Shown here piece after piece: positions 1-8,680 of a DNA stretch of 64,000 nt (position 1 is the stretch's first letter; each line of letters starts with the position of its first letter). Where the stretch lies: assembly GCA_964384235.1 (NCBI GenBank), contig CAYLJX010000001.1, forward strand, positions 305,709 through 369,708, read 5' to 3'. The stretch comes from an uncultured Bdellovibrionales bacterium. GTDB lineage: Bacteria > Patescibacteriota > Minisyncoccia > Moranbacterales > UBA1568. Made by a program: the position numbers and the translations under genes. Under the pieces are notes generated by a model. It saw nothing but the letters and a program-made list of their open reading frames with translations, did no database searches and had not been told where the DNA came from.

Positions 1-436
1 TGAGTACCGACGAAAACGAGACCAGCCCGAACAACAGGAAGAGACTGATGGTCGCCCAGAGTCCCGTGAACCGGACGAAGAGCACCGTCGAGGCCGCCGC
101 CGCGTACCGCTTCTCCGGCTTGCCGAGGAGATAACTCCGATAGGCGTCCCCGCCGAAAAACGACGGCAGGAAATTATTGAGAAACAGTCCCGCGAAATGA
201 TAGCGTAGCCCATCCGCGAAGGAGAGCGAGAATCCCTTGAACGAAGCGGTCTTCCGCCAGCGGCTGACCGAGATCGTCGTCCCTCCGACATAGGCGAGAA
301 AGGCCAAAAGGACGAAAAACAGCGACGCTTCGGAAAATTCCTTCCACACGGCCGTCCAGTCCATGCGCATGATGAGCCAGGACACCAAGGCGGTGCTCAC
401 GATCAGTTTGAAAGCGAAAAGGAGTTTCTTTTTCAT
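1..436 (-). CDS. Lysylphosphatidylglycerol synthase TM-like / flippase-like membrane protein (runs off window start)
   Basis: Not in the ORF track. Manual translation from ATG at 436 (overlapping the upstream TGA) gives MKKKLLFAFKLIVSTALVSWL...RWR...GLFLNNFLPSFFGGDAYR, the family motif. Confidence 0.8.
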   Translation of the reverse strand, partial: MKKKLLFAFKLIVSTALVSWLIMRMDWTAVWKEFSEASLFFVLLAFLAYVGGTTISVSRWRKTASFKGFSLSFADGLRYHFAGLFLNNFLPSFFGGDAYRSYLLGKPEKRYAAAASTVLFVRFTGLWATISLFLLFGLVSFSSVL

Positions 437-1584
437 GACTTTCGATACAGATCGACGTAGCTTGCCGCGACGTTTCGCCAGGAGAGCTCCTCGGCACGCC
501 TACGGCTAGCATCGGCGAACCGCTCGCACAACTGCCGGTCATCGAGGAGTCGTTTCGTTTTCTTCGCGATATCTTCGGCCGATTTCATCTCGAGGAAAAA
601 TCCGTTCTCACCGTCTTTGAGCAGCTCTTCCGTCCCGCCGGTCACCGTCGCAAGGAGCGGCAACCCGGAAGCGAGCGCCTCGAGCATGGTGTTGCTCATG
701 CCCTCGTTGAGAGAAGGAAGAACGAACGCGGAGGCCCGGACATAGTAAGGAGCGATGTGCTCGTGCGGGACACGCCCGACGAATTCCACGTTGGTCAGAC
801 CAGCTTCTTTGACCAAAACTTTCAGACTTTCACGCTCGTGTCCGTCACCGATGACCTGCAATTTCATCTTTTTCTCGTCCACACCCTCCTCTGCCAAAAG
901 CTTCATCGCCTGGATCAGGTAACGGATGCCCTTGCGCGGCGTGAGACGCGAGACGCACAGGAGCGTAAAGACATCCGAGCGGTCCTCGGACGTCCCTACC
1001 CGGAAATCTTCCGTCGAGACGCCGTTCGGGATGATAGCGATCGCCTGTTTTGGGTTTGTCTGAAGGGCGAGGTTTTTCAGTCCGCTGCTGTTGGACACGA
1101 CAAAAGCCGCTTTGGCCCACAGGTGCCGGATGAACGGACGTAGGAAAACATAGAGGAAAGAAAACCGCTCGCTGTACCCCGGGACATCCGCCCCGCGAAG
1201 CGACACGATGTACGGCAAACTGAATCTCCTCCCGAGAAAGTATGCCTGCACGCCGCAGGGCACGCTGAAAAACGCATGAATGACATCGAAGTCCCCTTCT
1301 TCTTTCAGAAGTTTCCTGGCATAGCGGTAACCGCCCCAGGAATACCGGAGAAGATCGAAAACGGACTGAAAATGAAGCGTCTCCCGGCTCTTGCCGATAG
1401 GGACGCTGTGGACGAAGACTTTCTCCCCGACCGAGACCTTGTGGAATTCCGCATCGACCGACGACGTCACGAGATGGACTTCCAGGTCGGGAACCTTCGC
1501 ATACTCCTTGAGCAGGTACTCTGTCGCATTCCCCGCCCCACCCCCCAAAGGAGGATATTCGTAGTTAAGGAAAAGAACTCGCAT
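433..1584 (-). CDS. Glycosyltransferase family 4
   Basis: NYEYPPLGGGAG N-terminus and PSLNEGMSNTMLEALASGLP (EX7E) motif. Confidence 0.92.
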   Translation of the reverse strand: MRVLFLNYEYPPLGGGAGNATEYLLKEYAKVPDLEVHLVTSSVDAEFHKVSVGEKVFVHSVPIGKSRETLHFQSVFDLLRYSWGGYRYARKLLKEEGDFDVIHAFFSVPCGVQAYFLGRRFSLPYIVSLRGADVPGYSERFSFLYVFLRPFIRHLWAKAAFVVSNSSGLKNLALQTNPKQAIAIIPNGVSTEDFRVGTSEDRSDVFTLLCVSRLTPRKGIRYLIQAMKLLAEEGVDEKKMKLQVIGDGHERESLKVLVKEAGLTNVEFVGRVPHEHIAPYYVRASAFVLPSLNEGMSNTMLEALASGLPLLATVTGGTEELLKDGENGFFLEMKSAEDIAKKTKRLLDDRQLCERFADASRRRAEELSWRNVAASYVDLYRKS

Positions 1585-1619
1585 GTATCAAGTATCACGT
1601 ATTATGTATCATGTATGAA
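1585..1619. repeat. 5x7-bp tandem repeat arm (GTATNNN)
   Basis: GTATCAA GTATCAC GTATTAT GTATCAT GTATGAA fills the entire intergenic gap. Confidence 0.85.
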
Positions 1620-1994
1620 TCAGGATGCTCTTCCTTGAGCAGTTTTCTTCAATCCGTTGATCAACTTACTCACGGTGACGGTTTCATCCGCTACTCTCTG
1701 GAATTCAATACCGGAAATATACTTCATATCCCGAGCCATCATAAGCTGACTCTGCAGCTCTGTCACGGAACCAAGAGCAATCGCGTAAAACTGCAATTTA
1801 TCCTTAGCCGAATGCCGACTGAATCCTTCAGCGATGTTCGACGTGACGGATATCGCGCAACGGCGCATCTGGCTTACCAGCACGAATATCTCTTCCTTGG
1901 GAAAACCTTTGGTGATGGTATATACATCAAGCGCTAACCTATGCGCTTCACGCCAGGCGTTAAGATCCGTAAACGAGCGAATCTTTTCACCCAT
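1620..1994 (-). CDS. Four helix bundle protein (23S rRNA intervening-sequence protein / bAvd-like family)
   Basis: MGEKIRSFTDLNAWREAH...FPKEEIFVLVSQMRRCAISVTSNIAEGF...ALGSVTELQSQL matches the family. Start reassigned to ATG at 1994. Confidence 0.92.
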   Translation of the reverse strand: MGEKIRSFTDLNAWREAHRLALDVYTITKGFPKEEIFVLVSQMRRCAISVTSNIAEGFSRHSAKDKLQFYAIALGSVTELQSQLMMARDMKYISGIEFQRVADETVTVSKLINGLKKTAQGRAS

Positions 1995-2026
1995 ACGCAA
2001 TACATAATACTCGATACGAAATACAG
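1992..2026. repeat. 5x7-bp tandem repeat arm, inverted relative to 1585-1619
   Basis: CATACGC AATACAT AATACTC GATACGA AATACAG, which reads as GTATNNN units on the minus strand. Confidence 0.8.
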
Positions 2027-2028
2027 AC

Positions 2029-3336
2029 CTAGACCCCGATACCAAAGTACGTGAAGCCTTCCTGTTCGGCTTCGCGGCGCTCGAAGATATTGCGGCCGTC
2101 AACGATCACCTTGCCCTTCATCCGGGAAGCGAGCTCGGGATACTCCGCGGTCCGGAACTCGTCCCACTCGGTCATGACCAGGAGCACATCGGCATCCTCC
2201 GCCGCCGTATAGGCGTGATCGACGTACTTGATCCGCTTGTCCGGAAAGGCAAGCTTGAAGTTCTCCATCGCGACCGGATCAAAAGCTTTTATCTTCGCAC
2301 CGGCCTTGAGGAGCCCTTCGATCACGTAGAGGGCCGGAGCCTCGCGGACATCGTCGGTACGCGGCTTGAAAGAGAGTCCCCACACGGCGATTGTCTTGCC
2401 TTTGAGGCTCTTGAAGTGTTGCTTGAGGAATCCGAGCGGACGGAGTTTCTGATCGTCATTGAACTTGTCTGCCGCCTCGATGATGGTGAAGCGGTGCTTG
2501 TGTTCCTTGCCGGTCTGCATCAGGGCCTCCACATCCTTGGGAAAGCACGAGCCGCCGTAGCCGATACCGGCATAGAGGAAGCGTGATCCGATGCGACTGT
2601 CATAACCCATGCCCTTGGCCACCTCCTTGACGTTGGCGCCGGCCTTCTCACAGAAGTTGGCGACCTCGTTGATGAAGGCGATCTTGGTCGCGAGGAAGGC
2701 GTTGGAGGCGTACTTGATGAGCTCGGCGCTCCGCACGTCGGTCACCATGACCGGCCGTCCGGCCCGCGCGATGGGACGATAGATCTTTTCCATGAGCTCC
2801 TTGGCCCGTTCGGACGCGACACCGACGACGACACGGTCAGGATTGAGAAAGTCTTTGATAGCCGCGCCCTCGCGGAGGAATTCCGGGTTGGAGACGATAT
2901 CGAACTCATGCTTGCCTTTGCTCGCGTGGAGGACGATGTCACGCACCTGGTCGGCCGTCCCGACCGGCACGGTGGATTTGTTGACGAGGATCTTGTAGCC
3001 GTTGAGATTCTTGCCGAAGGTCTCCGCTACGGCATAGACATACTGCATGTCAGCCTTGCCGGTCTTCTTGTCTTCCGGCGTACCGACCGCGCTGAAGACC
3101 ACTTCGGCTTCTTTCATGGCCGCGCCGATGGAATGCGTGAAGGACAGACGACCCTCCTTGACGTTCTTTTCGACCAGTTCCTCGAGACCGAGCTCGTAGA
3201 TCGGCATGATGCCCTTCTTGAGCTTCGCGATCTTCTTCTTATCGATATCGGCACAGACGACCGTATGACCGAGTTCCGCCATGCACGCGCCCGTCACCAA
3301 TCCGACATATCCCGTACCGATAAAAGCCAGTTTCAT
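2029..3336 (-). CDS. ugd: UDP-glucose/GDP-mannose 6-dehydrogenase
   Basis: GTGYVGL, KSTVPVGT, NPEFLREG, GYGGSCFPKD, FKPRTDDVRE motifs. Confidence 0.95.
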   Translation of the reverse strand: MKLAFIGTGYVGLVTGACMAELGHTVVCADIDKKKIAKLKKGIMPIYELGLEELVEKNVKEGRLSFTHSIGAAMKEAEVVFSAVGTPEDKKTGKADMQYVYAVAETFGKNLNGYKILVNKSTVPVGTADQVRDIVLHASKGKHEFDIVSNPEFLREGAAIKDFLNPDRVVVGVASERAKELMEKIYRPIARAGRPVMVTDVRSAELIKYASNAFLATKIAFINEVANFCEKAGANVKEVAKGMGYDSRIGSRFLYAGIGYGGSCFPKDVEALMQTGKEHKHRFTIIEAADKFNDDQKLRPLGFLKQHFKSLKGKTIAVWGLSFKPRTDDVREAPALYVIEGLLKAGAKIKAFDPVAMENFKLAFPDKRIKYVDHAYTAAEDADVLLVMTEWDEFRTAEYPELASRMKGKVIVDGRNIFERREAEQEGFTYFGIGV

Positions 3337-3429
3337 AATCAGTTTCAGTTATTTAGTTACGAGTTAACGCGTTAACGAGTTGTACAAAAAGAAAACAGAA
3401 ACACGTTAACCCGTGAACACGTTAACATT

Positions 3430-4371
3430 TTAACGCTCGGAAATTTCCCGAACGGTATAGTTCATCCGGTGACGGATATGGTAGTAGTTCCGGATCACGA
3501 CATCCGCCAGGAGACCGAAGACGAAGAGCTGTACCCCGACCAGGATGAAGAAGATACCGATGAGCGGCCAGATGCGCTCGGAAAGCGACGCGCCGTAGAC
3601 AAGCTTCTCTACGAGCATCCACAGGAGGATACCGCCGCCGATGAGCGACATGAGGATACCTGCCCCGCCGAAAAGGTGGATCGGGCGGTGCGAATACTTG
3701 CGCCAGAACCAGATCGCCACCATATCGACGAATCCTTTGACGGCCCGCCGCCAGTTGTACTTGGTCACGCCGTGGACGCGTGGGTGATGGGAGACCTTGA
3801 CCTCGGTGACGCGGAAGCCGTCGAGCGCGAGAAGGGCCGGCATGAACCGGTGCATCTCGCCGAAGAGGTCGACTTCGCGGAAACACTCGCTCCGATAGGC
3901 CTTGAGACTGCAGCCGGAATCATGGATGCCGTCCTTGACGAGGAGCTTGCGCAGGAGATTGGCGCCGCGCGAGAAGAAGCGCTTCATGAGCGTGTCCTTG
4001 CGCTTGTGCCGCCAGCCCGAAACGATGTCATAGCCCTCGTCGATCTTCTGGAGGAGGAGCGGGATATCGGCCGGATCGTTCTGCAGATCGCCGTCGAGCG
4101 TGATGATGATCTCACCGGTCGAGGCCTTGATCCCGGCGTCGAAGGCCGCCGTCTGACCGAAGTTCTTGCGAAAGACGACGAGTTTCAACGGCGAGAGGGT
4201 TCTCGCGATCTCGAGTGTCTTGTCCCGCGACCCGTCATCGACGAAGATGATTTCAAAAGGCCGTCCAATCCGTTGGACCGCTTCATAGATTCTCCGATGC
4301 AACTCCTTCACGTTCCCCTCTTCGTTATACAGAGGCACCACTATCGACAGATACGGCTTCATTTCCTGCAT
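3430..4371 (-). CDS. Glycosyltransferase family 2 (polyprenol-phosphate glycosyltransferase, ArnC/DPM-like) with C-terminal TM helices
   Basis: SIVVPLYNEE, VDDGS, NFGQTAA, DGDLQNDP motifs. Start is 4371 or 4362. Confidence 0.9.
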   Translation of the reverse strand: MQEMKPYLSIVVPLYNEEGNVKELHRRIYEAVQRIGRPFEIIFVDDGSRDKTLEIARTLSPLKLVVFRKNFGQTAAFDAGIKASTGEIIITLDGDLQNDPADIPLLLQKIDEGYDIVSGWRHKRKDTLMKRFFSRGANLLRKLLVKDGIHDSGCSLKAYRSECFREVDLFGEMHRFMPALLALDGFRVTEVKVSHHPRVHGVTKYNWRRAVKGFVDMVAIWFWRKYSHRPIHLFGGAGILMSLIGGGILLWMLVEKLVYGASLSERIWPLIGIFFILVGVQLFVFGLLADVVIRNYYHIRHRMNYTVREISER

Positions 4372-4509
4372 AGCATCTTTAGATTGTATTGTACTCCCAT
4401 TATATGACAAACCGTCCAGAGGGGCAACTAGGAGCCAAAATGCAGTCAAAAACAAAGCCGCCCGTCACACGCAGTACGCGTAACGGGCAGGAAAGGGACT
4501 GGAACCTCA

Positions 4510-5124
4510 TCAATGGGAAACGGAGGGAAGAAACAGGACGCAGTCATAGAGTCCGGGATCTTCGCGGCTGATAGAGAGGTCGAATTTGAATTTCCGGAAC
4601 AACCTCTTCATCCCCTCGTTATCCTTGAACGTTTGTGCCTGAAGGGACGGGGCATCCATGAAGGCAGCCCACGGGATGACCGCTTCCATGAGAAGCGTTC
4701 CGATACCCTGTTCGGGACGACACGAGAGCCGCGAATACGACACCTCATACGACCCGTCCGGTTGCCGGTAGGCCTGGCAGACTCCGAGGATGACATGATC
4801 GGTGATCGTCGCCACCAGAAATGCCATGTGACTGTAGTAGTCGAGTGTCTCGTCATAGCGAGGCTTGAGCCATTGTTCGCTCTGGAGATACTCGATGCTC
4901 ATGGTGTTGAAGTAACGCGTATACCGGTCATCCAGATTCAACCCCTTGAAATACTCCTGGATTTCCGGGATGTCCAGCGGCGTTGCCGGTCGGACGATCA
5001 CTGGTTCCTTGGTCTTCAGTTGCCCTTGTCGGACGAACTGCCAGGGAAACTTTTTGTAGTCCCAGCGAGACGCCTCTCCGAAGACAAGGGTTCTCACCGG
5101 CAGGTCTTCTACTGCGGTATCCAT
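4510..5124 (-). CDS. GNAT family N-acetyltransferase (Pat/acyl-CoA-associated type)
   Basis: VRPATPLD...RYTRYF...LDYYSHMAF...QGIGTLLM...DNEGMKRLFRKF resembles the GNAT domain commonly fused to acetyl-CoA hydrolases/ligases. Confidence 0.8.
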   Translation of the reverse strand: MDTAVEDLPVRTLVFGEASRWDYKKFPWQFVRQGQLKTKEPVIVRPATPLDIPEIQEYFKGLNLDDRYTRYFNTMSIEYLQSEQWLKPRYDETLDYYSHMAFLVATITDHVILGVCQAYRQPDGSYEVSYSRLSCRPEQGIGTLLMEAVIPWAAFMDAPSLQAQTFKDNEGMKRLFRKFKFDLSISREDPGLYDCVLFLPSVSH

Positions 5125-5151
5125 AGCTTTATCTCCTTGAAAGTCACGGAA

Positions 5152-5190
5152 AGAAAAAGCTGCCGGCCGAAGAACGTCTCGGGCGGCAGC
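5152..5190 (-). terminator. Possible intrinsic terminator/attenuator between CoA-transferase and GNAT
   Basis: GCTGCC...GGCAGC stem followed by a U-rich tract on the minus strand. Confidence 0.45.
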
Positions 5191-5211
5191 GTCGAAATCT
5201 TGATCGGTTGA

Positions 5212-6567
5212 TCAGTTCAGCATGACGCCAGGAAGCGTCCGGGCCTCTTCTTCCAACTGCTCGCGGAAGTCGGGATGGACGATACTGATGAGAAGCTTCG
5301 CCCGCTCACGACGTGTCTTGCCGGCGAGTCTTACCGCACCGTACTCGGTCACGACCCAATCGACCGTAGCCGCGGAATCAGTGACCTGTGACCCAAGCGC
5401 CAGACGAGAAACGATCCGGGAACCCAAGCCGCTTCCATCCTTCTTGAGATAGGTACTCGGAAGCGCGATGAACGACCGTCCGCCCTTGCTTTCTCGTGCC
5501 GCCAGGACGAAGTCCCGCTGACCCCCGAAAGAAGAGACGATCGTCGACCCGATAGTCGAAGCACAGACATTGCCGGCGAGATCCACGGAAAGAGCGCTGT
5601 TGACGCTCACCATGTTTCGGTTGCGGGCGATGATCCGCGGGTCGTTCACCCAGTGTTGCGGAAGGAAACAGAAATCGGAGTGTCCGAGCTCGGAGTAGAT
5701 CCGATCCCCAAGGACGAAACCGATCACCATCTTCCCTCGCAGAAGGTTCTTCTTCTTGCCAGTGATTACTCCTTGCTCCCAGAGGTCATAGACCCCGTCG
5801 GACACCATTTCCGAGTGAATACCGAGATCCTTGAACCCGCCGAGGCAAGCCAGGACCGCATCCGGCACCGAACCGATACCCAGCTGCAACGTATCGCCGT
5901 CACGGATATGCTCCGCGATATGGCGACCGATCGCTTGGGAAATCTCGTCGGGCTCACCGCTCATCGGAAACGTCATGAGCGGATTATCCGTCTCGACGAC
6001 CATATCGAACCAGTCATAGGGAACGGAACAGCTGCTCTCCAACCGGGTATTTTTTTCCCAGCCCCATTCCGGAAGGAGAAGTTCGCGGTGGAGACACGGC
6101 ATGTTGGAATTGACTTCCGCGATGATAGGTTTCCCCGCCTGCTTCGCCGCCATGACGGCCGGCTGACTCAGGCCAGGATCCAGTCCGAGAGAACAGAAAC
6201 CGTGGTCATCCGGCGGACTGACTTGAACGATGACGGCATCAGGAAGATGCTCTGTCTCAAGGAGGCCCGGCCACAGCGACAAATGTGTATCGATGAGGTC
6301 GGCATGACCGGCGTTTACCGCATTCCGAACAGCATGCCCCGGAAAGGGCGTAGCCATCCGTATGTGCTCCATGACTCCGGGAGTCGTCCAACCCGAAGTA
6401 AGCGTCAGGGCCTGGATGACCCGTGAGCCGGAAACGAGATGGGCGTTTTGCTGCAGCGTTTGAGCCATTGTTTTCGGCTCATTGGCGTTGCCGGAAACGT
6501 AGATCGTTTTCTTCTTCCCGATGGAAGCAACCGCTTCCTCGGCAGTGACTACGGTAGAGGCCTTCAT
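5212..6567 (-). CDS. Acetyl-CoA hydrolase/transferase (4-hydroxybutyrate CoA-transferase-like)
   Basis: VSPPDDHGFCSLG, DGDTLQLGIG, KDLGIHSEM, GGQRDF, VVTEYG, HPDFREQL motifs. Confidence 0.92.
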   Translation of the reverse strand: MKASTVVTAEEAVASIGKKKTIYVSGNANEPKTMAQTLQQNAHLVSGSRVIQALTLTSGWTTPGVMEHIRMATPFPGHAVRNAVNAGHADLIDTHLSLWPGLLETEHLPDAVIVQVSPPDDHGFCSLGLDPGLSQPAVMAAKQAGKPIIAEVNSNMPCLHRELLLPEWGWEKNTRLESSCSVPYDWFDMVVETDNPLMTFPMSGEPDEISQAIGRHIAEHIRDGDTLQLGIGSVPDAVLACLGGFKDLGIHSEMVSDGVYDLWEQGVITGKKKNLLRGKMVIGFVLGDRIYSELGHSDFCFLPQHWVNDPRIIARNRNMVSVNSALSVDLAGNVCASTIGSTIVSSFGGQRDFVLAARESKGGRSFIALPSTYLKKDGSGLGSRIVSRLALGSQVTDSAATVDWVVTEYGAVRLAGKTRRERAKLLISIVHPDFREQLEEEARTLPGVMLN

Positions 6568-6683
6568 TTTTCAACTCCTGTAGAGAACAAAAGAGTACGA
6601 CAAAATCGAGAAGTGTTTAGTTAATGGAATTGTTAAAGAAAAACCGTAGAAAAAGGCGTTTGCCCTCCCCTACGACCGCCACC

Positions 6684-6711
6684 ATTATACTCTGAAACCG
6701 TATTTTGTCAA
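6684..6711 (-). promoter_or_regulatory. Sigma70-type promoter for CoA-transferase/GNAT
   Basis: Minus strand TTGACA (6711-6706), 16-bp spacer, TATAAT (6689-6684). Confidence 0.8.
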
Positions 6712-6731
6712 TACTCGAATTTTTTTGAGTC

Positions 6732-6759
6732 TTGACAGATTCAAAAACAAGCGTATAAT
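6732..6759 (+). promoter_or_regulatory. Sigma70-type promoter for FabI-like/MaoC-like genes
   Basis: TTGACA (6732-6737), 16-bp spacer, TATAAT (6754-6759). Confidence 0.8.
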
Positions 6760-6852
6760 ATGTTCGGTTATTACAACCGCCGAGGGGGTTCAGTGGTATT
6801 CGAATCCATCTCGGTTTTTGCTTTTTTAACAATTCACGAATGAGGTGAAATC

Positions 6853-7680
6853 ATGAGCACACAGCTCACAAGAGTCCAATACGACCTTTCCGGCATGGCT
6901 GGTATGTTTCTCGGCGTTCGCGACCGCCAGTCGATCACAACAGAATGTATGTTGGCAGCTCACCGCGCCGGCATGAAAGTCGGTATCGTCTGCCAGACAA
7001 TCACTCCGGAAATCGAGGATATCGCCAAGGAATGTGGGATCAATATCAACATCAACGAAGACGATGAGGAGGAAAAAAAGAAGGTAAGGCTTGCACAATG
7101 CAACGTCCTTAACTACGAAGAATACGAACCCGCTCTCCAGAAAGTCGTCACCGGCCTCGGCGGCGAAGTCGACTTGCTCTTCCACGGCATCGCCTTTGCT
7201 CCCAATCGCATCCTCTCGAGCGTTCTCAATGCACGATGGGGCGTCGACGGAAAAATGGGCGATTTCGACAAGATGATGAACATCTCCGTCGGCTCGCTCC
7301 TCTGTGCCGTCCAGTGCATCAGAGAAAACCTCCGGCCGGACAGCCGCATCCTCACGCTGAGCTACGGCGACAAGCACATGCGGGGTTACAACGGCATGGA
7401 TATGGCCAAAAGGGCCCTGGAAGCGCTCGTACGTACTCTCTCGGTGGAACTTGCCGAGATAGCCACCGTCAATGCCATCTCTCCCGGACCGATCGATACC
7501 ACCGCTGCAAACGGCATTCCGGCCTTCAAAGGGATCAAGCAAGACACTCTCGATCATGCCCCGCTGCACCGGTTACCGACACACGAAGAAGTTGCCCATG
7601 CAGCCTTGCACTTGATGACTGCGACAGGCATCACTGGAACAACGCACTTTGTTGACTGCGGCCGACACGCCGTGCAGTAA
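6853..7680 (+). CDS. fabI: Enoyl-ACP/CoA reductase, FabI-like SDR
   Basis: HGIAFAP, catalytic YNGMDMAK (Y-x6-K), NAISPGPIDTTAANGI, GITGTTHFVDCG. Divergent member; RBS GAGGTG upstream. Confidence 0.78.
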   Translation: MSTQLTRVQYDLSGMAGMFLGVRDRQSITTECMLAAHRAGMKVGIVCQTITPEIEDIAKECGINININEDDEEEKKKVRLAQCNVLNYEEYEPALQKVVTGLGGEVDLLFHGIAFAPNRILSSVLNARWGVDGKMGDFDKMMNISVGSLLCAVQCIRENLRPDSRILTLSYGDKHMRGYNGMDMAKRALEALVRTLSVELAEIATVNAISPGPIDTTAANGIPAFKGIKQDTLDHAPLHRLPTHEEVAHAALHLMTATGITGTTHFVDCGRHAVQ

Positions 7681-7724
7681 CCCCTACCGAATTCAACCAA
7701 CCAAGAAAGAAAAGGAGTTGCATC

Positions 7725-8528
7725 ATGCAAACGCATCATGACGCCCTCGGGCGTCCGAAACACATTTCCGTCCGAGGCATCGGCTGCAATCAGGAAAAGT
7801 GGCTTGAAGGAATTGCCGTCGAGAAGTATCCCCAAGGCGATCGCGACGGCTACCTCTGCTACGTCACGCCCGAAGCGCTCGACGAAGACGATCTCGACCG
7901 GGATATCCGTCTTTCCGGCGACGACAACCTGGCACATACGAAAGGATTGCCGGGATTCCACGGAGGCAAACGACTCTTCCACGGGAAACGCGGCGTCGCA
8001 ACCGTCTTTCAGGGACTTCGTCGCTTCTTCGAAGAACGTCGGATGGAATGCGCTCCGGATTATCTGGATATCGCCTTCAGGGCTCCGGTTTCTCCGGGCG
8101 ATAGGCTCCGCGTCTTTCTCCAGGAAGCTGACACCGGTGATGGTCGAAAAATCTTCGTCGAAGCCATCCGGCCAGACGAGGCGCCGTCGATAGTCATAAG
8201 CGGCGACATCCGTCTCAAATCAGGCGATCCGGACGGGTGGTATGTTCCGTTTACGCAAGGGCTCTGGGGCGGGGTAAGTACTCTGTTGGGAACCACATAC
8301 CCCGGTCCCGGTACCATCTACACCGGCGTCCGCGTCCAGTGCAAGCGCTTCCCGGACAACCTGCCCGTGATCCATCGGATAAACCTTTACAACGGCTCCG
8401 TATCACGGGAAGACTCCAGGAATCTCGTCATCCCGTTCATGGCAACCACTGCCCAGGGTATCGAGATCTTCCGCGGCGAATCCATCGTTCGCCCACCTCG
8501 CCAGCCCAAGCCGGCCCTACAATCGTAA
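7725..8528 (+). CDS. MaoC/PhaJ-like (R)-enoyl-CoA hydratase, probable double hot-dog fold
   Basis: SGDDNLAH (hydratase-2 motif), FRAPVSPGD, and a later LLGTTYPGPGTIY. RBS AAGGAG upstream. Confidence 0.7.
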   Translation: MQTHHDALGRPKHISVRGIGCNQEKWLEGIAVEKYPQGDRDGYLCYVTPEALDEDDLDRDIRLSGDDNLAHTKGLPGFHGGKRLFHGKRGVATVFQGLRRFFEERRMECAPDYLDIAFRAPVSPGDRLRVFLQEADTGDGRKIFVEAIRPDEAPSIVISGDIRLKSGDPDGWYVPFTQGLWGGVSTLLGTTYPGPGTIYTGVRVQCKRFPDNLPVIHRINLYNGSVSREDSRNLVIPFMATTAQGIEIFRGESIVRPPRQPKPALQS

Positions 8529-8573
8529 GGCCTCGGCTGGAGCCATGACTTGAACCAAAGTCCATCGGCTCCG

Positions 8574-8617
8574 AAAGCCCTCCACGCCACAAGCGTCCGG
8601 AGGGCTTTTTGCTTTTT
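8574..8617 (+). terminator. Intrinsic terminator
   Basis: AAAGCCCTCC...GGAGGGCTTT stem followed by TTGCTTTTT. Confidence 0.75.
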
Positions 8618-8680
8618 GTAAAGCGATAATTTTGCTATACTGAAAGAAAGGGAGGAAATACCCATTTTTTTGTAGTCTGT

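Noticed and set aside
1620-1994. Diversity-generating retroelement suggested by the Avd-like protein and the tag repeats
   Set aside because: No reverse transcriptase in the window, and differences between repeat copies are not adenine-specific.
6617-6832. 71-aa ORF in the divergent promoter region
   Set aside because: It overlaps both consensus promoters and has no recognisable features.
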